DNA from: a virus
Lineage: Duplodnaviria; Caudoviricetes
IMG/VR virus record: IMGVR_UViG_3300033073_001332
Location: 96,001-160,000 of that record
Direction: 5' to 3' (one strand)
Length of the DNA: 64,000 bases
The notes beneath the pieces were generated by a model. The model was given only the letters and a program-made list of their open reading frames with translations. It was not told the DNA's origin and made no database searches. Of this stretch, positions 9,646 to 19,780 are shown in pieces. The translations under genes and the position numbers were made by a program. How positions within the stretch are numbered: position 1 is the first letter of the stretch; every line of letters starts with the position of its first letter.

Positions 9646-11796
9646 ATGCCCACTCAGAATTTAAATACATATTATTATCCGAAGTATAAAACTTTTTTGA
9701 ATTCAAGGCAATATTTTGACCTTACATTGGCTGCGGATGAAAGAGATTACGATGAAGAAGTTGTTTTCTCTAATGACATAATCGCTGCGAACGATGGGAA
9801 TAGATTACCTATTAGTTTAGATTTGAATAATACTAACTCTTGTCCTCAGTTGTCAATGTCTTTTGACGTGTTTTATAGTGGTGCAACATTGGTATCTAAA
9901 AATTATTATAATCCTGATAATTTAGACTTAAATTGTTTATCCTCGTTTACAGGAACATGTGATATTGGTTTGACTGCAACCGATAACGGTTTATTTACAG
10001 GAATGACCGGTGAAACATTATACTATACTATGGGTATAAGAGATGACTATAAGTTTCATCCACATTACTATGATAGAAGAATGAAACTTCACATGGTTAC
10101 AGGTTATACCACACCACCTAATACCGTATTTTCAGGTAGACCAAAAACATCCATTTATAATATAGTTTCTAAAAATGAACCAACAATTGGGTATTACCAA
10201 GAATTGTACGGAGGTTTTTATCAAGGGTTTTATAAATTGTTTGGTTATGATTATGAAGTTTTCCCTGAAAGACTAAATAAAGGGTGGACTATGGAAACCG
10301 TAATCAAACCTAGAATTTTAGACCAATACAACATCAATACAAATACTGAAGAATATTTAAACACAAGATATCCTGAAAACGAGGGAACATTTTTTTATTT
10401 TGGAACAAGAGCTGAAAACAAATACTACCATTATGCTGATGGGAACCCCGCTAGTGATAGTGGATATACAAGGGTTACTTCAGGATTAACATCTTTAAGT
10501 AGTTGTACATGTAATGAAAGTGGATATACAAATGCTAATTGTGTAAAACTTTACCCAACAAGTGCAACAACCGCATATCACAACATCGGTTGTAAATGTG
10601 GAGGTTGTTCATCAAGAGTACCTGTTCCACCATTAGACCCTAAGTTTGATGTATTATCAAATGCGTTATCAATCAGATTTAGTGGTTGTGCTGCAGACCC
10701 AAGAATTTGTGTTAAGTCAATAATCATTACAGGTGATTGTGTGACCACAGGTTCTTGTTCTACTACAGGTTTGACGTGGCAAACAGGTTATACTATATCT
10801 GAAGTTTGTAGCCCACCGATATATGAGATATGTGATTATATATGTTCGGCGATTACCGAAGACAGATGGGTTATGGTTACTGCGGTTTTTGAAAGGTATA
10901 CAACCATAGAAGAGTGTGACCTGTTTAATTTAGGTGGGTTGGGTGATATTAGAGAAGTTACATATCAATCTAATCTTAATGGAACTTCTTATAATTTAAT
11001 AATGCCACCTGAAACACATTCAGGAGGAACTAAAGAAGATAAAGTTTATCGAGTTGTTTTTGATAGAAGATGGTTTGATGATGAGTGGTACAGATTAGGC
11101 CGATTGAAAATCTACATCAATGGTTATTACTTTATGGTTATTGAAAACTTCGAGGAAATTATACCAAGAGAATTAAATTGTGAAAAGGAAAAACAATTAG
11201 GAGTTCCTTTTAACATATCATGGGGTGGAGGTTCACAAGGACTTCACGACCATTTGATTTTCAAAGAGTGCTCGAGTTGGACTTGGTCTGTTGGTAATAT
11301 TGATACGAATTTAGTATATACCGCTTGTAGTGGAAATGTAATAACACTAAGCGGTTTGACAGGTCAATCCGGAACAATATATACCAAATATAATACAACA
11401 CCTTATTTTACATCTGCATCGACAGCAACCACATTAACATATACTGGAAATTACGTACCATTAGAGGGGTCATACATTCAAGACCCTGAATTATTTCCTG
11501 ATGAAATTTTATCAGCAACAACATATAGTGGATTAACAACCCAAATTTTAATGGAACAAAATTTTGGGGGTTCGTTTATGGGTGGATTATCTCAGTTTAG
11601 GATGTATACAGAGGCATTTAATAGTTCACAAGTACAACACAACTTTAGAATACTAAAAGATAGATTTAATTTATTTGACTATTGGTGTCCTAATTGTTTA
11701 ACACCATCAATTAATGCTGGTTTTGAAAATCCAATTTTATTCGGTGAAAACACATTCTTCCAAGTTGGTGAGAACGAATACGTTATGTTTACATAA
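9646..11796 (+). CDS. Virion structural protein, probable ConA/LamG-like fold, Cys-rich
   Basis: WTMETVIKP, WVMVTAVF, LKIYING and FMGGLSQFRMY...QVQHNF resemble LamG strands; late motif upstream. Confidence 0.55.
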   Translation: MPTQNLNTYYYPKYKTFLNSRQYFDLTLAADERDYDEEVVFSNDIIAANDGNRLPISLDLNNTNSCPQLSMSFDVFYSGATLVSKNYYNPDNLDLNCLSSFTGTCDIGLTATDNGLFTGMTGETLYYTMGIRDDYKFHPHYYDRRMKLHMVTGYTTPPNTVFSGRPKTSIYNIVSKNEPTIGYYQELYGGFYQGFYKLFGYDYEVFPERLNKGWTMETVIKPRILDQYNINTNTEEYLNTRYPENEGTFFYFGTRAENKYYHYADGNPASDSGYTRVTSGLTSLSSCTCNESGYTNANCVKLYPTSATTAYHNIGCKCGGCSSRVPVPPLDPKFDVLSNALSIRFSGCAADPRICVKSIIITGDCVTTGSCSTTGLTWQTGYTISEVCSPPIYEICDYICSAITEDRWVMVTAVFERYTTIEECDLFNLGGLGDIREVTYQSNLNGTSYNLIMPPETHSGGTKEDKVYRVVFDRRWFDDEWYRLGRLKIYINGYYFMVIENFEEIIPRELNCEKEKQLGVPFNISWGGGSQGLHDHLIFKECSSWTWSVGNIDTNLVYTACSGNVITLSGLTGQSGTIYTKYNTTPYFTSASTATTLTYTGNYVPLEGSYIQDPELFPDEILSATTYSGLTTQILMEQNFGGSFMGGLSQFRMYTEAFNSSQVQHNFRILKDRFNLFDYWCPNCLTPSINAGFENPILFGENTFFQVGENEYVMFT

Positions 11797-11836
11797 ACAA
11801 TACAACAATGATTAATATATTTATAAAATAAAAATT

Positions 11837-13906
11837 ATGGCACTTACAGGTAAAACTATATCAGAATTAAATTATTTATCGGCAGCAACAAGCAATACTC
11901 TGTTTCCTGTTGAATTATCGGGTTTAACTTATTATGTCCCGTATTCTGGTATGACCGGAATTGTAGGTGGGAATACACCAATATCTATCACATATGATGA
12001 ATTATATTCACTATACACTGGAGGAACTTTAAGTGCCGGTAGACTTTATTTAATTACAGATTTTCAAACCTGTTACGACCAACCAAATTATGATAGTCAA
12101 GGAACACCTATTACTACTGGAAATTTTAAATCAGGTAATACAGAACAAATTGTTGTTTTAGCAACGGCAAGTAATAAATTATCACCACAAGCTTATTCAT
12201 TGGATTATCCTGATGATATATTAAAATATGACATAACTTTCAGATTTACTGAGGTAACTAATACCCGAGCAAAAGGAAGGATAACAGAACGTATTGATAG
12301 ATTTAATAATAGAACAGACTATGATTTTAGAGCAGTTCAATTTATTAGATATGTTGGGTATTTCTCTGAAAGATTTTATGATGGTAAAATTACCTTAACA
12401 TCAAGTAATGGTCTTGTCACAGGTACAACAACGTTGTTTTTAAGTAATTTCTCTAACGGCGATATTTTTGGTGTTTACTACCCTTATGGAGCAACTTTAT
12501 CTTGCTTCAAATATTACGAAATTACATCAATAGTTAGTGATACTGAAATGTATGTCACAGGTAGGACTTTAACAGATATAAGTAATACCTATTTCTCAAG
12601 AGGTTTAACATTACCTAATTATAGTAGTCCTTTTCAAAACAACGTTACGGGAGGTACAAACGATGATTTTGCAGAATATTATACATTTGATGAAAATAGC
12701 TACGGAACTTATATCGGAAATAATAGTGATTATTACGTCTTTATACTTTCAAATAATGTATTCAAAGCTGGAAATTATTACAATAATATTTTTGGGGAAA
12801 ACTCAATTTGTAACACTTTAGATGATGATATGGATTCAAACACATTCGGACCTTTTTCATCATTTAATATTTTAACTAATGATTTTGACAGGAATACGGT
12901 AGGTCCTTTCTTTGAAAGTAATATTATCGATTGTGATATGGAAGGTAATATTATAGGTGAAAGATTTTCATTTAATATGATTGGTGATGCAGACGGACCC
13001 GACTTTGATTACAATAGAATTGGTTTTGGTTATAGATATAATTTTTTAACCTTGAATAATAATTCGTTTAGTAATAATGATATTGGGTATAATTTTTCAA
13101 GTAATATTATTGATAGTGGTTTTAGAAATAATGTTGTAGTTGGGGACTTTACTCTGAACGTAATTGTTTATAATGATTTTAATGATAATTTTATAGGTAA
13201 TAATTTCTACAATAATAATATCCCTGTTGGATTCTCAAATAACAATATAGGGGGTCAATTTTATGACAACAATATTTGGAGTGTTTTTAATGACAATACT
13301 TTAGGTGAAAATGTTTTTACAAATAACTTTGGTAATCCAAATAGTATAGGAACATACCAATTCAATGGTAATAAAATCGGAGGAGACTTTGGGAATAATT
13401 ATTTTTCAGGTAATACTCAATTCAATACTATTGGTTTTTCATGTACGACTAATCATGTGGACAATAATTTTTCATATAATCAAATAGGTTATGGTTTTTA
13501 TAATAATACGATAGCTAATGATTTTGGCTTTGGTGGCGGTAACTACAGAGGAAATATTATTGGTAACGGATTTGTGTCTAATGTGATAGGGGAATATTGT
13601 TATGATAATACATTTGGTGACGAATGTGCTTCTAATAATCTTGGGAACTATTTCACAAACAATAAGATTTCACACTCTTTTAACAATGTAACTACAGTTG
13701 ACTTAGACACTTCAGGTTATTTTCAAAATAATAATTTTACCTACGGATTTTTCAATGTGAATTTAACGTTAACAGGAGGAACAGGTGGAAACCCAATATT
13801 TTACACACAAATAACTACTAATGTTGTAAAAGACTCGGTGGATAATACGGGTTACGTTACCTTCTTGAGTGGTGGTACAATAGTTGCCAGAACAATAATT
13901 GTTTAA
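11837..13906 (+). CDS. Tail fibre/spike-like protein with Asn-rich beta-helix repeats
   Basis: Many roughly 11-aa NxIGxxFxxN repeats in the C-terminal half; TATTTATA at 11818. Confidence 0.65.
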   Translation: MALTGKTISELNYLSAATSNTLFPVELSGLTYYVPYSGMTGIVGGNTPISITYDELYSLYTGGTLSAGRLYLITDFQTCYDQPNYDSQGTPITTGNFKSGNTEQIVVLATASNKLSPQAYSLDYPDDILKYDITFRFTEVTNTRAKGRITERIDRFNNRTDYDFRAVQFIRYVGYFSERFYDGKITLTSSNGLVTGTTTLFLSNFSNGDIFGVYYPYGATLSCFKYYEITSIVSDTEMYVTGRTLTDISNTYFSRGLTLPNYSSPFQNNVTGGTNDDFAEYYTFDENSYGTYIGNNSDYYVFILSNNVFKAGNYYNNIFGENSICNTLDDDMDSNTFGPFSSFNILTNDFDRNTVGPFFESNIIDCDMEGNIIGERFSFNMIGDADGPDFDYNRIGFGYRYNFLTLNNNSFSNNDIGYNFSSNIIDSGFRNNVVVGDFTLNVIVYNDFNDNFIGNNFYNNNIPVGFSNNNIGGQFYDNNIWSVFNDNTLGENVFTNNFGNPNSIGTYQFNGNKIGGDFGNNYFSGNTQFNTIGFSCTTNHVDNNFSYNQIGYGFYNNTIANDFGFGGGNYRGNIIGNGFVSNVIGEYCYDNTFGDECASNNLGNYFTNNKISHSFNNVTTVDLDTSGYFQNNNFTYGFFNVNLTLTGGTGGNPIFYTQITTNVVKDSVDNTGYVTFLSGGTIVARTIIV

Positions 13907-13919
13907 AACTTTTTAAATT

Positions 13920-14273
13920 TTGGAATTTTTTATTAAACAAAACACAACTTTACCAATCATCAAAATGGATGTCGTTTTTGATGGAAGAACCGATGCTGGT
14001 GAAAATTTTTATTCAGTTTTAGATAATGCCACTTTGAGGTTTTCTATGGTAAATGAAAGTAACGGAATACCAAAGGTAAGTATGAAGCAAGCATATATTG
14101 TTGCAAAAGATAAAAGAAATCCCGATGCGCCATGGGAATACTACATTTACTATAAATGGGGTTCAAAAGATACAAATACAAAAGGAAGATTTTTAGGACA
14201 ATTTTTAGTTATATTAGAGTCGGGAGAACTGATTTCACCAATTAGAGAAAATCTTTATATCAATATTATTTGA
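13920..14273 (+). CDS. Small structural protein, BppU N-terminal-like (TTG start)
   Basis: FFIKQNTTLP...YKW...DT...GRFLGQF...P....YINI pattern. Confidence 0.5.
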   Translation: MEFFIKQNTTLPIIKMDVVFDGRTDAGENFYSVLDNATLRFSMVNESNGIPKVSMKQAYIVAKDKRNPDAPWEYYIYYKWGSKDTNTKGRFLGQFLVILESGELISPIRENLYINII

Positions 14274-14300
14274 CATGGGTAAATTTTACCTATATATTTA
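14269..14300 (+). promoter_or_regulatory. Host-type promoter of the DNA polymerase gene with a palindrome in the spacer
   Basis: TTTG(ACA), 20 nt, then TATATTTA (near the Bacteroidota TAnnTTTG consensus; also reads as TTGACA-17-TATATT). Palindrome GGTAAA-T-TTTACC at 14278-14290. Confidence 0.6.
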
Positions 14301-14360
14301 AGACGAAGGTAAATGTCGAACCTATTCGACAGCAAATACACCAAACTTAAATATAAAATT

Positions 14361-17186
14361 ATGGTTCCACAAGAAGAAATTGAACGCTTTTTATTAGGCG
14401 AAGACGACGAAAAATATATCGTTTCACTCGAATACGATTACAAATCCTCAAAAATTTATAAAGTAATACAAGACCCTATTAAGGGTAAGTTGTTACGTCC
14501 TGACACATTTATCCCATTTGCTTGGGTTGGTGACTTAAAGGGTAAAAACTTTTATAAAAACGATAAACACGCACAAAAACGTGCGATGAGTGAGAACGGT
14601 ATTATCATAGAAAAATTAGATACTCACGGAGACGAACGTTTAGAGAACGGATTAAAATACATCGTTAAAACAACAAAATCATATTCAAACCTTGTAAACT
14701 TCTTTAAGGGTGGAGGTTTAGACCCGTGGGGTAGAGATAATACGGATAGTATCCAAATCCTATCACCGGTAGAACAATACTTAATTCAAAAAAACAAACG
14801 ACTATTCAAAGGGTTTGAGGAATACGATGAAATCCACAGGTTCGTATTCGATATCGAGACCACAGGTCTTGACCCCAAAACAAGTAAGATATTCTTGATA
14901 GGGATGAAAGACAATCGTGGCTTCTTAAAATTATTATCAGCACAAAATGAAGATGAAGAACGTCAAATGATTGTTGACTTCTTTAAGACTATTGATGAAT
15001 TGAAACCATCTTTAGTTGGTGGTTACAACTCAGCATTCTTTGACTTCCCATTCATTTTGAAACGTGCTGAGATTTTGAAATTGAACATCAAAAAAATATG
15101 TAAGACATTACATCCTGATTATACTTTGAAACAAAAAGATGGTATCCTAAAGTTAGCAAACGAAATGGAACCATATGTACAAACACAAATGTGGGGATAT
15201 AACATTGTAGATATCGCACATGCTGTTCGTAGAGCTCAAGCAATCAACTCAGATATTAAGAGTTGGTCTTTGAAGTACATCACCAAATTTATTGAAGCCG
15301 AAAAAGCGAGTCGTGTTTATGTAGAAGGGGATAAGATTGGTAAAATATATTTTGAAAATGAGGATTACTTTTTGAATCCTGAAAGTGGTGGATTTAAGAA
15401 GGTAGGTATGCCAGGTACTGAAAATCTATTGGAAAGATTTCCTGGTAAGTTTTTAGAAGTAAAAGGTTCAAACATTATTGAACGATACTTGGACGATGAC
15501 CTTTATGAAACGATGGTAGTTGACGAGCAGTTCAATCAAGCAAACTTCTTATTGTCAAAGCTTGTACCAACAACATACGAAAGACTTTCAACGATGGGAA
15601 CTGCAACATTATGGAAAATGATTATGTCCGCATGGTCTTATAAACATAATTTAGCAATCCCAAGAAAGTTAGAGAAACGAAAGTTTACAGGTGGTCTTTC
15701 TCGTTTAGTACAGGTAGGTTATTCTAAAAACGTATTGAAACTTGACTACTCTTCACTATATCCTTCTATTCAGTTGGTTCATGATGTGTTCCCCGCTTGT
15801 GATGTAACGGGAGCAATGAAAAGTATGTTAAAGTACTTCCGAGACACTCGTATCAAGTACAAGAATTTGGCAAGTGAATATAAAACAATTGACCCGAAAC
15901 TTGCAATTTCATATGACAGAAAGCAGTTACCAATCAAAATCTTTATTAACGCATTCTTTGGTTCGTTATCTGCACCACAAGTATTTCCGTGGGGTGATAT
16001 TGATATGGGTGAACAAATTACTTGTACAGGTAGACAATACCTTCGTCAGATGATTATGTTCTTTATGAAAAGAGGTTATGTTCCATTAGTAATGGACACC
16101 GATGGTGTGAACTTTGAAACCCCACAAGATAGAATTGACTACAAGTATATTGGTAAGGGTCTTAACGGGTTAGTAAAAGAAGGAAAAGAATATGTTGGAG
16201 CAGAGGCTGATGTTGCTGAGTATAATGACCTATTCTTACGTGGAGAAATGGGTCTCGATATTGATGGGGTATGGCCTTCAACCATTAACGTGGCTCGTAA
16301 AAACTACGCACTTCTAACAGACAAAGGAAAAGTTAAACTTACAGGTAATACCATTAAATCTAAAAAACTTCAAACATATGTTGCAGAATTTTTGGATACT
16401 GGTCTACGAATGTTATTAGACGGTAAGGGTGGTGAGTTTTTAGATTTCTACTACGAATATGTAGAAAAACTTTACTATAGGCAAATTCCTTTGGCTAAAA
16501 TCGCAAACAAAGCCCGTGTTAAACAATCTATTGATGATTACAAAGTTCACATTACTAAAACAACAAAGGCTGGTAATATGATGTCCCGTCAAGCACACAT
16601 GGAACTTTTAATTAAAGAAGGTAAAAATCCTGGTCTTGGTGATACTATTTTTTACGTAAACAATGGAGAAAAGAAATCACATGGTGATGTACAAAAAAAG
16701 AAAGATGAACTTGTTTTGAATTGTTATCTGATTGATGAGAGGGATATTGAAATGAATCCTGATTTATTAGGTGAATATAATGTCCCAAGATATTTGGCAG
16801 CTTTCAATAAAAGAATTGAACCTCTATTGGTTGTCTACAAACCTGAAATCAGAGAAGACATTCTAATTGAAGACCCTAAGGATAGACCAATATTTACAAA
16901 ATCACAAACTGAATTGGTTCGTGGTTATCCTATGAAAGAAGCACATCAAGATACTTTAGATGAGGTACTTTCATTATCTGATATGGAGTTAACATTTTGG
17001 CAGAGTGTTGGAATTGACCCATACTACATGTATTTAGAAAATACTTTAGATTTAGTGGATATGGATTGGGTTGGAAAAAATAGACATATGATGGATGAGT
17101 ATGTAAAACAAAACAAGAAAGTAGACCAAGACGAATATTATGAATTTGATGCTGATGGAGATTTGATGGCTCTTAGTTTCGACTAA
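14361..17186 (+). CDS. polB: Family B DNA polymerase (start probably 14361 rather than 14313)
   Basis: FDIET, GYNSAFFD, LDYSSLYPS, KIFINAFFG, DTDG and KNYA motifs; ATG 14361 has an A-rich leader. Confidence 0.95.
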   Translation: MVPQEEIERFLLGEDDEKYIVSLEYDYKSSKIYKVIQDPIKGKLLRPDTFIPFAWVGDLKGKNFYKNDKHAQKRAMSENGIIIEKLDTHGDERLENGLKYIVKTTKSYSNLVNFFKGGGLDPWGRDNTDSIQILSPVEQYLIQKNKRLFKGFEEYDEIHRFVFDIETTGLDPKTSKIFLIGMKDNRGFLKLLSAQNEDEERQMIVDFFKTIDELKPSLVGGYNSAFFDFPFILKRAEILKLNIKKICKTLHPDYTLKQKDGILKLANEMEPYVQTQMWGYNIVDIAHAVRRAQAINSDIKSWSLKYITKFIEAEKASRVYVEGDKIGKIYFENEDYFLNPESGGFKKVGMPGTENLLERFPGKFLEVKGSNIIERYLDDDLYETMVVDEQFNQANFLLSKLVPTTYERLSTMGTATLWKMIMSAWSYKHNLAIPRKLEKRKFTGGLSRLVQVGYSKNVLKLDYSSLYPSIQLVHDVFPACDVTGAMKSMLKYFRDTRIKYKNLASEYKTIDPKLAISYDRKQLPIKIFINAFFGSLSAPQVFPWGDIDMGEQITCTGRQYLRQMIMFFMKRGYVPLVMDTDGVNFETPQDRIDYKYIGKGLNGLVKEGKEYVGAEADVAEYNDLFLRGEMGLDIDGVWPSTINVARKNYALLTDKGKVKLTGNTIKSKKLQTYVAEFLDTGLRMLLDGKGGEFLDFYYEYVEKLYYRQIPLAKIANKARVKQSIDDYKVHITKTTKAGNMMSRQAHMELLIKEGKNPGLGDTIFYVNNGEKKSHGDVQKKKDELVLNCYLIDERDIEMNPDLLGEYNVPRYLAAFNKRIEPLLVVYKPEIREDILIEDPKDRPIFTKSQTELVRGYPMKEAHQDTLDEVLSLSDMELTFWQSVGIDPYYMYLENTLDLVDMDWVGKNRHMMDEYVKQNKKVDQDEYYEFDADGDLMALSFD

Positions 17187-17515
17187 GAGTTTTTCAAACC
17201 ATCTGATGAAAGAATATACCAGTAATCCCCAATTTTACGATATTCAACACAAGCACCCTTATCAAGTTCTATTATATCAAATTCTTCATCAATTAAAGAG
17301 TCTGCGGTAACATCAACTCTTGTTAAAGCCTTTATAACTACATGGTCAGTTGTTTTGGAATCTAAAAATAATTCACATAAGTCGATTCCTTTTATTACAA
17401 TTGCAGATTCACCATTAGTTGTATACTTAGGGTTTGTCACAACAGCAACATCGGACGTCACGATTTCATGACCATTAATAATTCTTTTTGATGGAATAGA
17501 CCTAAAAATTGACAT
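17183..17515 (-). CDS. Hypothetical beta-rich protein, possibly structural
   Basis: 110 aa ORF downstream of the neck gene. Confidence 0.6.
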   Translation of the reverse strand: MSIFRSIPSKRIINGHEIVTSDVAVVTNPKYTTNGESAIVIKGIDLCELFLDSKTTDHVVIKALTRVDVTADSLIDEEFDIIELDKGACVEYRKIGDYWYILSSDGLKNS

Positions 17516-17522
17516 AACAAAA

Positions 17523-18644
17523 TTATATAACGGTATATGGACTTGTAAATGCTCGGAATTTTAAAAGTTTGTTTAAGTTTTCCGCCTGTAATGCTTTTTG
17601 TTCCATCATTTTTTCAGGACGAAGTCTTTCAAGTCTTGCTTTTAATTCTTCCCATAACATTGTTTTTTCATCTTTGGCTTCAGTGGCTAATGATGAATAA
17701 TCCATAGTTAATTCTGAATCAGGAGTTTTTAAATTACCACTAAATTTACCTCTAACTCTCGCTAATGTTTCTTTACAATATGCTGTAAACCATCTTCTAA
17801 CCCAAATTTGTGCAGGAGCATTAAGTTTGTCCCATCTCAATCTATCTAATGGAATATCTGAAGGTAATCTAACCACGTCAGGGTTTTTAGAAAGACAATC
17901 TTCTCTATCGTATGTATCATAGTACCAATACCAAACTCTATATTGATTTCTTTGGATGTTACCAAAGTCAAACTTACCACCGGGTACATTCATAAGGTGA
18001 ACTGCTTTTTTACCTTCAGGTAATGCCGTTACTCTATAAGTTAAGTCTCCTGTAATAATTCTTCTTTTCATTTGAATGTCAGCCATTCTCAAAAGAATAT
18101 CAAATGCTGGGGTAATAAAATAATTACCTGTCGTTCCCATCTGAGAAAAACCTGCTCCACCACCTAAACCAATACCACCGAATCCACCGAATCCACCCAT
18201 GAATGGGTCAAAGTATGCCGCATCTAACTCGGGTCTCGCAAACCATAAAAGTTCGTTTAATTCTCTACCCGCAGGTATTTCATATATTTGTTGACCTGGT
18301 ACTAAATCAATATAATCTTTTTTCAAAACCCAATCACCACCTGCTTGTAAACCAACAATTTTAGAATATGCGTAAGTATATTGGGTTTCCCAATCCATAC
18401 TTCTTGTTGATAATGCTCTTGTAATTGATTGCTCATCTAAGTTAAGACCATAGATTGAAGTCCATTGAGATTCAATTAACCAGTCTTGAACGTGTTGTTC
18501 ATAATCTTCAATAGATAACTCTAAAAGAGAATCCATCATTTCATCCTCTAATTCTACTGAACGTAAAGGTGCCCCCAAAAGATTACGTATTCTTTTGTAA
18601 AGTTTACTTCTATCTGGCTCGTTGATTATAATTGGTGTTGACAT
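17523..18644 (-). CDS. Neck / head-tail adaptor protein (T4 gp13-like)
   Basis: RIRNLLGAPLRSVELEDEM N-terminus and C-terminal WVRRWF.A..KE.LARVRGKF; late motif at 18656-18663. Confidence 0.75.
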   Translation of the reverse strand: MSTPIIINEPDRSKLYKRIRNLLGAPLRSVELEDEMMDSLLELSIEDYEQHVQDWLIESQWTSIYGLNLDEQSITRALSTRSMDWETQYTYAYSKIVGLQAGGDWVLKKDYIDLVPGQQIYEIPAGRELNELLWFARPELDAAYFDPFMGGFGGFGGIGLGGGAGFSQMGTTGNYFITPAFDILLRMADIQMKRRIITGDLTYRVTALPEGKKAVHLMNVPGGKFDFGNIQRNQYRVWYWYYDTYDREDCLSKNPDVVRLPSDIPLDRLRWDKLNAPAQIWVRRWFTAYCKETLARVRGKFSGNLKTPDSELTMDYSSLATEAKDEKTMLWEELKARLERLRPEKMMEQKALQAENLNKLLKFRAFTSPYTVI

Positions 18645-18679
18645 AGATTTTTTTATATAAATATCTAGTCAAAATAATT

Positions 18680-19768
18680 CTACACAGACTTCTTTTTAAT
18701 TTGAGTGGTATATTGGTCGTTCACAAATCCCCAATTCACTACTTTCCAAAAGTTAGAGATATATTCGTCTCTTTTATTTTTATATTTTAAATAATAAGCG
18801 TGTTCCCATAAATCCAAACCTAAAAGTGGATATCCACCATCTTTTTCGGTATTCATCAGTGGGTTATCTTGGTTTGATGTAGTCATAACCTTCAACCTAT
18901 TATTCTTGGTTAAAACTAACCAAACCCAACCTGAACCAAATTTTGATTTCGCTTCAGAACTAAATAATTCTTTAAATTTTTCAAAAGAACCAAAGTCTTT
19001 TTTAATTTTAGAAAGAATTGGGTCAGAAACTTCTTGTTTTTTTGGTGACAACATTTTCCAAAATAATGCGTGATTAAATGCTCCCCCACCATTATTTTTA
19101 ACAACTTTGTTAAATTTTGATATTTTTTCTATGATTTCTTCTAAGTCTAAATCCTTTCCTTTGATTTTTTCTAATTCAACATTTAATTTCTCAACATAAC
19201 CCTTGTAATGTTTGTTATAGTGAGTGTTCATTGTTTCACTATCAATAAATTTCTCCAATGAATTATATTCGTATGGTAACTTATCGATACTGACTTTTTT
19301 TATTTCAGTTATTAAATGATTATTATTAGATGATTTGATTTCTAACAAACTTTCTAAATTTTCAATTCTTTCTGAAAATAGTTTGTATATTGATTTTTCT
19401 AAATTTTTGTGAGACTTCTCAAATTTTTTCATTTCTTGGGATGCCGTTGCGCTAGCATCGTCTTCATTCTTACCTCCAATATCTTTTCCTTTTTTTCTTT
19501 TTAAAACGGTTCTTTGATATTCGTGAGACCACTCATGTGCTAATGTTCTTAATACATCTCGGTTCATTCTGTCTTTTGCCAATATCTTAAGACGATGTTT
19601 ATCTGTTCTAACTCCCGTCGTCATATTTTTGGTTTTCTTTTTAAGGAACAAAATTTCAACATCATCCTTTAGGGGATAATGTCTTTTTAATTGTGAAATA
19701 AAATTGTCGATTAATTCTTTTTCTTTTTTACTTGGTTCTAAATCAACGTATTCAACATTTACCTTCAT
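18680..19768 (-). CDS. sod: Fe/Mn superoxide dismutase fused to an N-terminal HExxH zincin-like domain
   Basis: SOD motifs HYNKH, NGGGAFNHALFW, FGSGWVWL, NQDNP and DLWEHAYY. N-terminal part has LRTLAHEWSHEYQ...EDDA. Confidence 0.9.
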   Translation of the reverse strand: MKVNVEYVDLEPSKKEKELIDNFISQLKRHYPLKDDVEILFLKKKTKNMTTGVRTDKHRLKILAKDRMNRDVLRTLAHEWSHEYQRTVLKRKKGKDIGGKNEDDASATASQEMKKFEKSHKNLEKSIYKLFSERIENLESLLEIKSSNNNHLITEIKKVSIDKLPYEYNSLEKFIDSETMNTHYNKHYKGYVEKLNVELEKIKGKDLDLEEIIEKISKFNKVVKNNGGGAFNHALFWKMLSPKKQEVSDPILSKIKKDFGSFEKFKELFSSEAKSKFGSGWVWLVLTKNNRLKVMTTSNQDNPLMNTEKDGGYPLLGLDLWEHAYYLKYKNKRDEYISNFWKVVNWGFVNDQYTTQIKKKSV

Positions 19769-19780
19769 GATATATAAATA

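Noticed and set aside
14305-14345. Resemblance of the polB leader (GGTAAA...GCAAA) to a c-di-GMP-I riboswitch
   Set aside because: No GNRA loop and no second stem with a tetraloop receptor; kept only as an unnamed hairpin.
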